Source: Microbotryum violaceum (lineage: Eukaryota). Taken from it: DNA of 64,000 nucleotides. A program made the translations under genes and the position numbers. The notes below the pieces were generated by a model. It was not told the DNA's origin and searched no databases. It saw only the letters and a program-made list of their open reading frames with translations. The stretch lies in contig CDLV01000011.1 of the NCBI GenBank assembly GCA_001244265.2, positions 1,302,001 through 1,366,000 on the forward strand, written 5' to 3'. Within the stretch, counting starts at the first letter, position 1. Each line of letters begins with the position of its first letter. Below are positions 11,093-24,882 of the stretch, piece after piece.

Positions 11093-13441
11093 AGTGAGTT
11101 CAGCTACGTTTCGTGATCTAAGCCACCTGACTAAGCTGACCATGTGGTCGTCTTTGGTGCTCCGCCCACTGCGCAGTGCTCGTCCTCAGCGCTTTGGCGG
11201 CGCTCTTGCCCGTCGTTGTAGCGCTTCCTGCAAACCAGCTCCCCTTCACGACCCCTGCGTCAGTCTCAAACCTCCGAAAGGTGTCATTTTCGGCCCGAGA
11301 GGTCTCGCCTGCTGAGATACGTTATCCACACCCCTTCGCAGCCCCGTCGCCTCGGCGTTCTTGACCACGCCCGAAAACCCTCAAAACGACTTCGAGGTCC
11401 TCTACTCGGCCGACCATCCCGAGCACCGAGTCCGAGCTCGCACTCCCAAAGGACTATGTGATCCGTGAGTGTGGTGTCGTCGACGACCGAGACGGCGCTA
11501 CAGAGCTTGTTTCGCTGACCTCCGCCCGCGGCCGACCTTCTCCGAACCTACTCTCAGCGATGTCGAGCAAAAGAGCGGCTACCTCGATACCGCCAACGGC
11601 CGTCATTTCTACTTCTGGCAGTTCGACTCTCGCAATGACCCCAAGAACGACCCGGTCGTCATGTGGCTCAATGGCGGACCCGGCTGCTCGTCCTTCACCG
11701 GTCTGCTGATGGAACTTGGTCCGTGCGGAATTCGCGCTCCCGAACACGTGCCTGCCCGCAACCCCTGGTCATGGAACAACAACGCTTCGCTCATCTTCCT
11801 CGACCAGCCCGTTGGTGTTGGATACTCCTACGCCGAGAAGGGCGATAAGGGCACCTGGACGACCGAGGCTGCTGCCGAGGACGTGAGTTTGCCTCGATTT
11901 GATTTTGATCATTTCCCGAGCGAGACCCTGACATCTCCCGAATACGATTATAAACGTGATCTGTCGGCGGCAGGTGTTTGCGTTCTTGACCATTTTCTTC
12001 GAGAACTACGCCGAAAAGTTCGGTGGTCGACCTTTCTTCATCGCCGGCGAGTCCTACGCCGGTCGTTACATCCCCGTTTTCGCCGACTACATCGTGACCC
12101 AGAACCTCAAGAACGAGCTCAACGGCAAGCCCAAGATCAACTTGCAAGGTGTTCTTATTGGCAATGGCTTGTCAGTCACTCACTGTTTCATGACGCTTGA
12201 TTGCTGTCGGTTGACCCCGGAACTTTATCACGTTGCTGCAGCACCAACCCCAAAATGCAGTACGGCGCCTACTTCCCAACCGGCTGCACGAACTCAACTG
12301 GCTACGGCCCTTACGTCGATGCCAAGGACTGCGCGTCGATGGCCGCCGCTCTCCCCCGTTGCCAAGCGCTCATCCAGAAGTGTTACGATGATGTGAGTGG
12401 AGACGACATGCGCCAGGATGGTGCTCACGCTGATGCGGAAGCTTTGCCCATCCTTCGAGTAGCCTACCGACGCCGCTGTGTGCCTCAGTGCGAACCAGTA
12501 CTGCGAGGCGACTCAAACCGAGAGGTAAGCTCTTTTTGAAGTAGATAATGTGTCCTTTTGCTGATCCGTCGTCGCCGACTACTAGGTATTACGAGACCGG
12601 TCGCAATCCCTACGACATGGAGAAGTTCGGAGGCTACGCCGAGGAGCCCGACGTTGCCAAGTGGCTCAACCGGTAGGTCGATCATCAAGCTTGTGGCCAG
12701 GTGGGAGTTATCTTACACACGAGCGTGTCTTTTCGACTTGTAGTGCCGACATCCGTCACCAGCTCGGCGTCGACAATGAAGTGTCGGGCGGTGTCAAGAG
12801 GTTTATCGGCTGCTCGGACCCCGTTGGCTTCCGATTCTCCACGACTGGTGACCAGTGAGTTGATGATGCATCGAAATCATGCCGGTCTCTCACCAGCATT
12901 CGTTCGTTCTTACAGATCGAAGGCGACCTACCCCCACGTCACCCACATGGTTGAGAATGGCGTCAGAACCCTTATCTACGCCGGCAAGCGCGACTGGATC
13001 TGATAAGTCAACACTACTGCCTGTTGCTCGCCATATCTTCTCGCATGCCCTGATCATGTCTCTATTTGCCCGCAGCACCAATTGGACGGGCAACAAGTGG
13101 TGGACCGAGGCTCTCGAGTGGGAGGGCAAGGAGGGCTTCAACGCCAAGGAGCTCGCTCCGTGGTACGCCTCGCAGGAGGCCAAGGAAGCCGGCGCGAAGC
13201 AAGCTGGCGAGTTCCGACAGTACGGTAACCTCGCGTTTGCGATCGTGGACACATCGGGTCACTTTGTGAGTTATCCCTTTCACCGCCGTCTGGCCGCACG
13301 AGTTTCCCGGATGATGCCCTGCTCAGGATCTGACAACCTGCCTCGCTGATTTGCCTACAGGTTCCTTACGATCACCCTGTCGAGTCCCTTGCTATGTTCA
13401 ACTCTTGGATCCACAACGGCAACTTCTCGTCCCTTGCCTGA
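11093..13441 (+). CDS. PRC1: Serine carboxypeptidase S10 (carboxypeptidase Y-like), multi-exon
   Basis: Motifs WLNGGPGCSS, IFLDQPVGVGYSY, GESYAG (catalytic Ser), GVLIGNG and SGHFVPYD. Signal peptide MLVLSALAALLPVVVA. Confidence 0.9.
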
Positions 13442-14122
13442 TCCGTCAACACTGTTGCAAGCCCGCTAGCTCGTTCGACACCTGTAGCCTTCATCATACC
13501 TGTTTCTACACGTCTCGCCTCGCGGCATAATTTCTTTATCGAAGTTCCCGATGTCTGTCTGTTTCTCCTTTTCTTTTACGTAGTTCCATCTGTGAGACAA
13601 GACAACTCTTGGACACTGCCGGTTTGATTCTAGCCCCCACGCTGCTATTTCGTCGCTCCTCCGAAAACTTTAGGAGAGCAGGAACGGGATGAATGTTCAA
13701 GCTCGACGTCTGAGCGGGGAAAGGCACTTTAGGTACACCCGGGAGAGAAGAACTTCGTTGCCGCACAATTGCACGACTTTCGGCGTCAAGCAAGCATTGC
13801 AGCTTGCGAGCGCTCTTCCCCACAGAACCCGGATCCGAGACCCCAAGTCCGCCGCTGAAATTGCAAGTCCGCCGTCGCCCCCGCTCAATCAGTAGCGTAC
13901 TTTGCGGGCCGAACAAGCCGTCGCCGCCGTGCAGGCCTTGCCGCGCCCTTGCGGGGGGTTCTCTTACGAAGCATCGACATCGACAAGGTACAAATCCACG
14001 AGTGACGTGGCCTTTCTCTTCCATCCTTCTCCTCTATGGATATCGATCTTGAACCACTTTGAAGGCTTTGAGATCCCTTCACAACCAAGAGCATTCAGCC
14101 GACACTTATCTCCGATGGCCTG

Positions 14123-16554
14123 ATGTCGGACGCCGCGGCTCAATCGTCGTCGCCGCGGCAGAGTCCAACAGCACCTTCCGCACGAGTCGATACTGACAGA
14201 GCTGGCTACCAACATGCACCCGAACATTCGATTGACGGTCCGGACGACGTCACCATCCACGAACAAGACATTGTCGCGTCCGCAGCGCCGAACGCCGGCC
14301 AGTCATAACAGGAGTCGGCGGCCGAGATTTCGGGCGACGCCGAAAAGCTGCCGGCACGGCATAGCAACAATCTCCAGGACCAAACCAACTATCTCCCAGT
14401 CAGGTGAGTCTGCAACATCAGCGCTTAGTTGAACTTGACCATGCTGACGTCGATACCTCCCCTCACGCGTTTGCTTCCATTTTTTAGACAAATCCTCATA
14501 GTGAGTCCATACGCGGTCGCTCATCAACCTTTGACATCTCATGGCAGCGCGAACTGACCCCGCTGATAAAATGTCCAACCGGTCTTCGCAGCAATGCAAC
14601 TGGCCGTGCTGCTTTCGTTCCTCGATCAATCGATGCTCTCGTCCGCGTTACCGACCATCTCGGCTCATTTTGGGGCCGGTCGTAGCAGCTCCTGGGTAGC
14701 AAGCGCGTACTTGCTGACTACAACAGCGTTCCAACCGATCTTGGGTCGCTTCAGCGACATTTTTGGTCGTAAGCACACGCTACAAGGCTGCATCCTCGTC
14801 TTCACGATCGGCTCGGTCGCGTGCGGTGTCGCACAGACGATGAAGCAATTGATCTTCTTTCGTGCGCTTGCTGGAGTGGGTGGGGGAGGACTCATCACAC
14901 TCGTCTTCATCATCGTCTCGGAAATCGTTTCGCTCAAGGACCGAGGCAAATACCAAGGTATCACCGAGATGACCATCATCCTCGCCAATTGTGCTGGACC
15001 AATCATCGGCGGAGTGTTTGCGCAAACATTGTCCTGGCGATAGATCTTCTGGTTGACGGTCATCATTGCGCCGAGTCAGTGTGCTGCCGCGAGACGCGCA
15101 TACGAAGTTTCCAAAATTTTCTCGTATACTGACCTCCCGCATGTCTTGTCAGTTGGCATTGTGATCGTTCAAATATTCCTGCCGCTGAAAGCCGTCAAGG
15201 GCAGTATGCGAACCAAGCTCGCACAGATCGACTATGTCGGATCGCTTTTGACGATTGGTGCTTGCACACTCATACTCCTACCTTTGAATTGGTGCGTTTT
15301 TATTGTTCCACGGGTTCTAGATTACAGCAGCCGGACTGACGCGTAGGGGGTCTGATTGCATATTAGGGGCGGTGTGACTTTCGCGTGGAATTCACCCAGG
15401 GTACTTGGATGTCTTATTGGCGGATTCGTCTGCTTTCTCGTCTTCATCCTGTACGAGTGGAAGGTCCCCAAAATTCCCGTGATCCCGATGTACATCTTCA
15501 AGATCCGGACAGCCGCCTCAGGTAACTTTTTCCCCATTCCGCTTCATCCGTGCTAGGCTGGGTTGATAAGCGGCTGACGAGTGTCGAACATAACCTCCCG
15601 GCGCAGTCTTCGCGAGTACCACCATCTCCGGAGGGACTCTCGTGGCTCAAGTCTTCTACGTTGTACGTCTTGCATCTTCAGTTTTATTTTGGCATCCGCG
15701 CGTGCTGATACCCTCACATCTATCTCCAGCCTCAATTCCTACAAATCGTCCGAGGCGTATCCCCGATCCGTTCCGGAGTCCTCTTCGTCCCGCTCTTAAT
15801 GATGGTAACCCTCATGGTCTTCTGCACCGGTCAAGGTGTCGCTCGTACAGGGGAATACAAGGTTTTCATCGTTTGCGGCTATGCGATTTGGTCCATTGGC
15901 CTTGGGCTTCTCTCGACTCTGAACGAATCTTCCTCAACGGCCAAGCTGGTCGGGTTCTTGATCATCACCGGATTCGGTCAAGGTCAAACACTACAGTCGT
16001 CCCTCGTAGCCGTTCAAGCTGCTGTACAGAGGGCAGATATGTCGGTTGCGACCTCGACGAGGAATTTCCTTCGTGCTTTCGGGGGTACTCTCTCGCTCGC
16101 GATCGCCTCGACGATCATTAACAATACCCTCAAACACACCTTACTACCCGAAGGGTTTGAAGGAAGTCTAGTGGGCAAGATTATAGACTCTCCTACCGAG
16201 ATATGGCGAGCCACGACCGTCGACGGGCAAACCTTATTCGCTCTCCCGGCGCAACAGAAGGTCGAGATCATCGCCGCTTACGTCGAAGGTTTTCGCGTCG
16301 TCTTCATCGTGTTCGCAAGTTTACAAGCATTCAATTTCGTGATTACGATGACTTTCATGGAGAGGTTGAATTTGGTGAGGAAGGATGAGGAGGCGTTGAA
16401 GGTACGGGGGACGCAGATGCTTGAAGAGAGGAAGAGAAAGAAGAGAGCGAAGCGGGGGGGGGGAGGAGTGGATTTGGAGAAGGGTGCGGAGGAGGAGGCC
16501 AGGTCGCATAGGTCTTCTGTAGAGCATAGTGCTGTAGATCATAGTAAGAACTAG
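14123..16554 (+). pseudogene. MFS drug:H+ antiporter (DHA2-like) carrying inactivating lesions
   Basis: Motifs LQDQTNYLP, LLSFLDQS, GRFSDIFGRK, SEIVSLKDRGKYQG and SWR*IFW. Lesions: in-frame TAA at 14306-14308, CG in place of the AG acceptor at 14580-14581, and TAG at the conserved Trp at 15041-15043. Confidence 0.75.
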
Positions 16555-16721
16555 AAGTATAACATCATAGTGGATTCATCTGTAACAAGCTTGGCGACCC
16601 TTCTGTGCTCTCTTACTCTCTCGCGCACCATCTCGGGTGTCACAGCATTGTCATAGGGAAAAACCACAGGGTATTGACAACACTTCCAAAATCCAAGAGA
16701 GTACAGTATCCGCTTCATAAA

Positions 16722-18554
16722 CTACCATCCACTCTTTCTGCCTTCATCTCGAACGTCAAAGGTCGAATCGATGGCTCCTAGAAGCAGCTTCAAACACCAT
16801 CCATCAGGGGTCAAAGTGTATCTGTAAACCCGCAGCCCTTTTCAGTGATGTGCGCGACTCATGGTCCGGAAGTGCACGACTCACGGCGGATTGGCACTTC
16901 TGCAGTTCGCCGACTCGCGTTCATAATTGCTCGTCACGTCAATCAACTTACCCACCTCCCCTTGATCGACCTCATTCAAAAACCGATAAGCCTTCTCATC
17001 ATTCCCAATCTGCGCAAGTTGGTACGACACCGCATCGGACGAGTACCTTGTTTGGCGAAGATCAGAGTCGGTGCTTTTAAGCACTCGGACGAGGGTATCC
17101 CTTGGTTCGCTGGGTTCGCCATCGGTCAGGATGACGACGAGGACGGGTTTGCGTAATGTGCCTCGTCGGGCCGGTTCGACAACGAGCGGTCCGAGGATTT
17201 GGCGTTGGAGTTCGGTTGCAAGGGGGGTGTTGCCGTTGAATTTGGTGCGATCAATGAGATCGACCGCGGCTTGCTCCGAGTTCACTTGTTGTCCTTGTGA
17301 GTGCATAAAGCGGATCTGAGCAACCGGAAAGATTAACAGGGGTCAGCTCACGTAGAGCTGAAACACTGAGGTAAACTGGCAAACGCACCTGCAACCCATC
17401 CGTATCCAGCAAACATGCGGCTGAAGTCACTCGCTTAACGATCAGCTGCAAGTCGGTGATACGCTCGCCATTTTCTTCGAATCTCATCGACCCCGAGTCG
17501 TCAACGTAGAGCACGATGTCGAACAAGGCGAGACGGGCGAGTTCGATCACGGTTTCGGGAGGGACGTTCCACGCCGAAGCGATCTGAGATAGAGCACTTG
17601 ATTGGACGATACGTTGGGTCAGAGGCTCGAGGGAGCCTTGAGGGTAGAAAGCGTACAGGTTCTGCGGACGGGAGAGGTACCGGAATGAAAATAAGTAATG
17701 GATCCGGGCTCGACGTTCAGGTGGCACGTACTTGGTCCTGGACGCCGCGCTGAAGAACCTGGAGCACCCTGTTGTAATCGATGGGTCCACCAGCCTGCTG
17801 TGAATGTTGATGCTGCTGATACGCGTATGCGCCCGCTCCGAGGGCAGCGACGCCAAGGGCACCCGCGGCAAAGGTTCCGTAATCTGCTCACGGGAGATCG
17901 AAGCGGTGAGCTGCGTTCCCGAAGAATTGTCGCTAGTGAGCCTCAGGCCGCTTACGATGATCCCCTCTCGAGCCATCCTGGAATCCTCCATTCCCTTGTC
18001 CTGGCATGGGCATCTGTCCTCCTTGTCCCGGCATCGGCATCGATCCTCCAGGTATGGGCATGCCTCCGCCGGCACCGGGAAAAGGCATGACGCCGTACTG
18101 CTGACCGCCGTAGTGCTGTTGGGGTGGCGCATTGTACTGTGGTGGGGGAGGTGATTGTTGATGGACGTAGTCGGGGTGGTATCCGCCGTGATTTTCGGGC
18201 ATGACTGAGTGACAGAGGGCGAGGTTAAAATCCCGTTCTTCAGTGCCCGATAGGATCCTGAGGAAGACGGGCGCTAACGAATGTATCACATACCATTTAA
18301 AGGCCCGGTATTACCATATTGCGACAGGTCCTGATCATTGTAGGCGTCTTTCCGATACGACAAGCTCGCGTCAGTCCGCAGCTCGAACTGGGCGCCTACG
18401 CTCAGACGGAGAGGACTCACTCTGGGGAGGCCCGTATTGTGATTGGTACTGCTGCTGTGATTGGTAGGCTTGTTGAGCTCCATACGCGGCTCCTGTGCCC
18501 GCTGCGGCAGCTCCGTAGTATTGCGGCTGCCCCTGCTGTTGAGGTAGCTGTGGG

Positions 18555-18598
<44 letters not shown>

Positions 18599-18913
18599 GG
18601 GGTGCTGCTGCTGCTGGTATTGCTGATTCTGGCTGGGCTTGCTGCCTCCCGAAAGCTGTTGTTGCAGCATCGGCTTGAGCTGGTTCGCGACCACGCCCAT
18701 GACGAGTGCTGATGCGAGCCCCTGTGGTGCGAGTGCTCGACAGGTTACAGGTTACAGGTTACACAGGTTAAAGGTTAGTTCGCCCGGCTTTGTTCTGCTT
18801 TGTTCGCATGTGGAGCCCACCCTCGTGCAGCGAGTCGTTGCTCGGCAGTTGGTTTCCTGGAGCAAAGGAGGTGCAAAAGGATGGAGCAGAGTTTCGAGGT
18901 GTGTACTGACCAT
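16722..18913 (-). CDS. Gln-rich vWA-domain protein (RfeF-like fungal family), multi-exon
   Basis: MIDAS-like LYVDDSGSMRFEENGERI, plus GNTPL, KPVLVVILTDGEP and QLAQIGND. Poly-Q N-terminus. The ATG (18913-18911) is followed directly by an intron, giving M^GLASAL. Confidence 0.8.
18557..18623. repeat. CAG/CAA trinucleotide repeat (poly-Gln)
   Basis: (tgc)n tracts on the + strand. Confidence 0.9.
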
Positions 18914-19759
18914 GATTGCTGCCTTTTCGTGGTCGGGGTCGCTGGAGGATGCGGGAGGAAGCCGAAGGAGAACCAAGAGCGACGAACTTGAAGCGTGGTC
19001 CAGCCAGATTCCAGCCTTCGACTGGGCGAGCGCGTGTGCGAGGTGGCGGTGCAACAGTCGAAGGACTTTCCCCGGACGCCGGTCTCGGTCTGGGACGGGT
19101 CGGACTCGGAACTTGCAAGTGGAGATCGATCGAGCTACGTCACACATTCGAGTTGAAGCACTCGATACACGCGATTTTATGGTGCACACGTACGGTTCTC
19201 GTCAAAGTAAATCAGGCCACCGGCCCTGCAGCATGGTCACCTGCCAAGAGAACACATTCGGGTCAAACGTGCCGAATCAATTTCGGCCAAGTCCGTCCGT
19301 GGCCGTGGGTCCGCGCTCGGACTCGGAAGCCGAAGATTGACAGGGGCTGAAATAATCAAAACACAAGTCATATCGATACTCCCTAGTTATATAATTTTAT
19401 TTTTCGTACTTTTATTCGTCGTGAAGGGTGCTGCATGGTGCTGGACACTGCTGAACACGTCAGGTGCGAGGACTTGCCACGCGCTTACAGTGGCCCTGTG
19501 GGTTTGCCCCGTGCTACATACCTGTCCCGGGCGCGTCTCGACTGTAACCACCGACTCGGTGGAGTACCAGACCGTCATGGTGCCGGATCGGCTCGATCAA
19601 GCTGTGAGTAACCAGTGTCCGGTGGAAGTCGCGGCCGTCGGTTGCCGTTGTCGGTTGCCGTTGTCGGTCGCCGAGCGCGACGCCGCGCGACCCCGCCTGT
19701 TGACCTCGCGCTTGACCTCACCGTAGCTGACTCGATCTGGGACGTCGGGGTCAACCCAC

Positions 19760-22700
19760 ATGCAGCGGGTCGAATTGTACTCGACCCCGTCGCCACAACC
19801 TCAAGCTTCACCCTCGGCTACCACGGCGAATTCTGCTGCTGTTGGCCCGGCGGTGACCAGCTCCAGCACGACCGGGGTCAGCCCGAGTGTCGATATTATG
19901 TCCTCGTCCCCGCCCTCTGCGCAGACCAACCACAGTGGTCATGCATTTGCAACACACCACGAGTCGTCTGTGAACAACAAAGGGCCCATTCATCTTGCAT
20001 TGCACCCGCATCCATACCCGCATCAACACCCGCAGCATTGGCCGACCGACCACAACGGCGCTCGTCCCGGCTTACCAAACGCCCAGCACTCGTCGCGAGG
20101 CCCACCCGTACCCCAGTCCAGCAACGACACCAGGACCCAGCTCTTTGTTTCCAACTTGCCCTTCAAGGTCAGGTGGCAGGATCTCAAGGACTTGTGTCGC
20201 AAGGTCGGAACCGTCTTGAGGGCCGACGTCGCCTTGTCCCCGACGGACGGGTAGGTCCTCTCCTCGCCGTCCTTACAAGAGTCGCTTCATTCGATTGCTA
20301 AGTCAGACTCTTCTCGCCCCACAGACGAAGTAGAGGGTTCGGTGTAGTACTCTTTGCCCGGAACGAGGATGCCCTCAAGGCGATCGAGGTCTACCACGGC
20401 TACACCTGGCAGACCCGGGTGCTCGACGTGCGAGTCGACACCGTCGATCCTCGAGGCGAAATCGCCCTCGCCGAAGCGAACCGACAGAACGCCTTGCAAC
20501 AACAAGCCTCGCATTACCAGATGGTGCAGCAACAGCAGCAGCAGGCTGCGGCGCAAACGGGAGGCTACGGGTGGCCGTACGCCGGTGCGCCGATGCCGTA
20601 CGGTGCCCCACCTCCCCCACCCATCACGATGACCTACAACTCGTACCCGAACGCACCACCCCAAAGCGGTCACCCACCGTCGAATGCATCGAAGGCTGGT
20701 TCCAGCTTATTGATCGGATCGCCAGCACCCTCGAGTGTTACGTCCACCACCACCGCTCCTTCGAGCGTGGAAGTGATCGGCTCATCACCGGAACTGAGAG
20801 GAGGCACCCGAACGCCTCGGCCCTCTACGACTGCAATCCCAGGATCCACGAACGGCCACTTGGACTGGAGCGATGTGCGGCCGGATATCAGTGGTCGCAA
20901 TGACAGTGGGCAGGGTCGGGGCGGGTATCCGAATGGATCGGCGAACGGTCGGGATCGGCCTAATCAGCCGTTCAAAGGACCGCTACCCTACAACGGGCAA
21001 CACGCCCCACCTCCGCCACCAATGCCTTCAATGATGATGATGATGATGCCCGTGGCAGGTCATATGCCACCACCATATGTGAGGAGAAAGGACAGCATTC
21101 GTCGGCGTGTGCACGCGAGCTGCACTGACGCGCTGAAAGTCTTCTTGAACGGTCACAGGGTCAACGACCACCTGGGCCGCCACCCTTCAACGGTCGTCAA
21201 TTGTTCATCGGAAATTTGCCGTTCAACGTTCAATGGCAAGACTTGAAGGATCTGATGCGAGGCGCAGGAGGATCGATCTCGCGCGCCGACATCGCTCAAG
21301 GGCCCGATGGACGGAGTAGGGGGTTCGGTTCGGTCGTGTTTGCGAATGCGGCCGATGCGGAGAGGGCGGTGCAGATGTTCAACGGCTACGAGTTCAACGG
21401 TCGGACACTCAAAGTTCACTTTGACAAGTACGTCGGCCCAGGCGGTCCCGGAGGGCCCGGGGGTCCGGGAGGTCCTGGGGGTCCGCCGTCGATGTACGGA
21501 CCGCCTCCGGTTGGATGGGCACCTCAACCGGGCCCGCCCTCGCAGTTCGGTGGCCCTATGGACCAGTCGCGAGGTCACCCGCAGCACCCACATCCATACC
21601 AGCAACAAGCTACGCGCGAGATGGTCTCGGTCACATTGCAGGATCGACAACCTCTGGCGCTACACGAGCTGAGTGAGGAGGTACGCGAGGCCCACAGAGC
21701 GGAACTCGAAGGTGCCGAGACATCCCTGCACCCTTTGGCAGCCTCGGTGAACTCGTCCATCTCTTCGACATCCGAACAAGAGCAGCGTGAAGGGAGACGG
21801 GCCGGTGGTGGGTTAGAGATCAACACGAACGTTGTTAGTGGTGTGGGCGCCGGAGGTCGAGCCCCAGCCCCTCGACCGGAGCGCATTACGATGCCGCCAC
21901 CTTCGTATCCCTTCGGTCCCGCAGGTGGGCCACTTTCACCCGGCACACCATATTCGCCCATGGTCGGCCGTCTACCTCCTATGACACCTTCGATGCCGGC
22001 CTTCACCTTCGGCGCTTTCCCTCAAACACCGCCTTTGCACCCAGCCTCCTTCTTCTCGCCCGGGATTGGACCGTTTTCGCCTCAAATGGTTTCACCCTTT
22101 TTCCCAACCTATGGGAACAACGCCGCACCAGGTGCACCCGTTACTCATAACGACAACCCCATGCTCCCTCCCGTCAACCAAAACACCAACCCGTCTAGCT
22201 TCGAATACCCCATCGGTTCGACGATCTCGAACGATGCGAAAACGTCGGAAGCGACTTCGAATGAGGCACAGGAAGATTTGAACAAGACGCCTCCTGCAAA
22301 GGGTCAAATAGCGTCGGCGAGCGGGGCCGGAACAGAGCAGAGTTACTTTGCTTCGAAACTGGCAATCACCGACGAGCCAACGCCCTCTTCGGATGCCGCG
22401 ATATCGGCTACCTCTTCTCTAGACGCGTCCCTGGCCGCTCTTCGATTATCGAACGCCGCAAATCGGAACTCACCCCCTCCTCAACCGGACGGATGGGCCT
22501 CAGGGCCTTCACCACCCAGTCCACCTCCCGCAACGACGACGGAACATGCCGACATGGCCGCTTTGTTACACCCTTCCAATGCATTGAGGAGAAAGTCGTT
22601 CGTCCCTGGCGTGAGTCAAGTTAATCAAAGAGGACAGAAAGCATTCGATATTAGGAGGAGGTTCGAAGGGGATGGGTTTGGTGGTGGTGCAAATGGAGGG

Positions 22701-22781
22701 ATGGAAGGGGCGGGGAGGAGGGCGAGTTCGGGGGAAGAGGGGCAGAGGAGACCCAAGTTTGGTCAGAGCATTTGGGGTTGA
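19760..22781 (+). CDS. RNA-binding protein with two RRMs (Gbp2/Hrb1-type) and a Pro/Gly-rich tail
   Basis: RRM1: LFVSNLPFKVRWQDLKDLCRKVGTVLRADV...GRSRGFGVVLF. RRM2: LFIGNLPFNVQWQDLKDLMR...GRSRGFGSVVF...FNGYEFNGRTLKVHFDK. Confidence 0.85.
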
Positions 22782-23086
22782 GGGTGAAAGATGACCGGTG
22801 TTGTGATGACGATGTTGTATAGTTTCAATGATGGCGCTGGGGATGCGTTCAGAGGTTTAGAGGGAATACATTGGGGGTGGGTCGATTTCAAGGGGTTCTT
22901 TTCTGGGGGCCAAGATTGCGACGCGGCGGTGTTTCATTTTGCGAGACGGAAGTGTTGCATGGGCATCAAAGGGGGTTTCAAAAGGGGCAACATAAGTATG
23001 AAGAAACGGGGGTAAAATTGTACACGCGGGTGATTTTGAAATTGTCAACACCCTGCCTCGTCTATCGATAGTATACACCATTGCTA

Positions 23087-24418
23087 TCAATCGATACCCA
23101 ACTCATCGACCGCCTCGACCACTTCGTCGGATGTAGGCTGCTCCTCCTTCTTCTCGACCTCCTCATGGTTAGGCTGTGATCGCTTGTCTCCTTCGAGCTC
23201 GAACGTGATGACGAAGTAGACGTGGTCGATCGACTCGCGCTTGCGGCACACGAAGGTGACGGGTTGCCCATCCCAGTACTTCTCGAGCGAGAACTTGAGC
23301 CCTCCGGGAAGCTTGAGCGAGAGGTTCGCAACTACAGTTCCCAAGACATCGCATCGATCAGCTGAGCTCAAACTTTATGGTCTGTGTGGCTTCGCGCGTA
23401 CAGTCAATAAATCCGTTACTGAAATCGCAAGTCAGGAGATGCTTCTTGTTGAGCTTGACGAGCTTGCGGTGCTCGGCGTTGGCCATCCACTTGCGACGTT
23501 GATCGGGCTTGCCGTGAAGTTTCGTCGCGTTGGCTTCGTTCTCGAAAAGGATCGAGATGTCTTCGTTCACTGGCCCTGGAGTGTAGTCGGGAATCGTGGC
23601 GGAGGGATCGGTCTCTTCAGCTTGGATGTGTTGCATCGTGGCTAGGAGCGGGGACTTGTTGCGCAAGAAGAGCCCGAGATGACCAGGGACCATGTCAGCC
23701 CAAGTCCTGGCTAGATCTCTCTCGCCAATCTCGACTCACCAAGGCCCATGGTCGATCGGCATAGATGTCGTGCGTCAACGCAGGATCGATGAGAGGGGCG
23801 ATCTTGAGTGCAGCGGCTGTTCCATAAGGTAGATAATCTCGGATCGGCTGCTCCCACTGTTCGACAGGCCCCCATGACAGCAGTCGATCGGATCAGTCAC
23901 TCGCTGGGGAAAGTCATGATCGGCGCCATCCATACTGACCTGGTTCCCCCAAAGTACATCATCCGCATTCAGGCTCTCCTCAGTGAACCGACCACAAAAG
24001 CTGATGCTCATCGTATCCGTCGGTGTGGTGTATTCGGTCTTCGGCTGGGAAGGCGCCTCCCCTCCTCCCGGAGCTGTGCCATGGAAGTTGCTCAGGCGGA
24101 CCGAGATTCTGCCTTCGAAACCTGCTGCTTTGATTTTGATGGGTGCTCCGTTGACCTGTAAGAGAGAAAGTTTGCTCAGTCGGGATGGACGCGGGTTCGA
24201 GGCCGTTCTCATCCTTCCAGTGCCCGAACTCGGCGGACCGATCGACCAAACGAGTTCGGGGTCAGAGCAGTTACGTCATACCTCGCTTCATGCGCCGACT
24301 CAGGAGAGGATAGCCCACGAGATCAAGATCGTGAGATGTGAGAGACCAGTTCACTCACAGCCACGGGCTTGAGATCATGTACCGAAGGTCCGGCCTTGCA
24401 AATTATACGAGGCGTCAT
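23087..24418 (-). CDS. DUF1769-like conserved fungal protein, multi-exon
   Basis: Spliced MTPRIICKAGPSVHDLKPVA^VNGAP...FEGRISVRL, DDVLWGNQ, CDFSNGFID and FSLEKYWDGQPVTFVCR, all typical of this family as I recall it. Confidence 0.75.
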
Positions 24419-24882
24419 GTTTGAAAGCGCCGTGACTCGTGATGGATGGGAGGCTGACCCGCGTTGGGCGGGAACCACGTGAAACACGCTATGCCGGTTC
24501 GGTCACAGGTTCAGACATCGCGATCGGCGAGCTCTCTCCTGACGTCGAGAAACATCTTAGAGCACCAGTGGTAGACAGTGAATAGCTGGCCCACTCACGT
24601 AGGTTTTTTGGATGAACGACATAATGATGAAATAGTTATTGCCAAGGTGCAGCCAGAATCGAGCCCGCTACTGATGAACCCCCTATTTTCTACACACAAA
24701 GAAGAACAGAACACGGTACAGACCAACAAGCGAAGAGCGACACGAGATTATGAATATGCTATGAAGAAGGAGCAAGTTGACTACCGACAAAACGAAAGAA
24801 AGAGTGGAGGAGTCAAGAAAATGGATCAATCGTGAGTGAGGGGGGTGCCCGACCATTTCCAAAAGGAACAGATCGACAGCCT

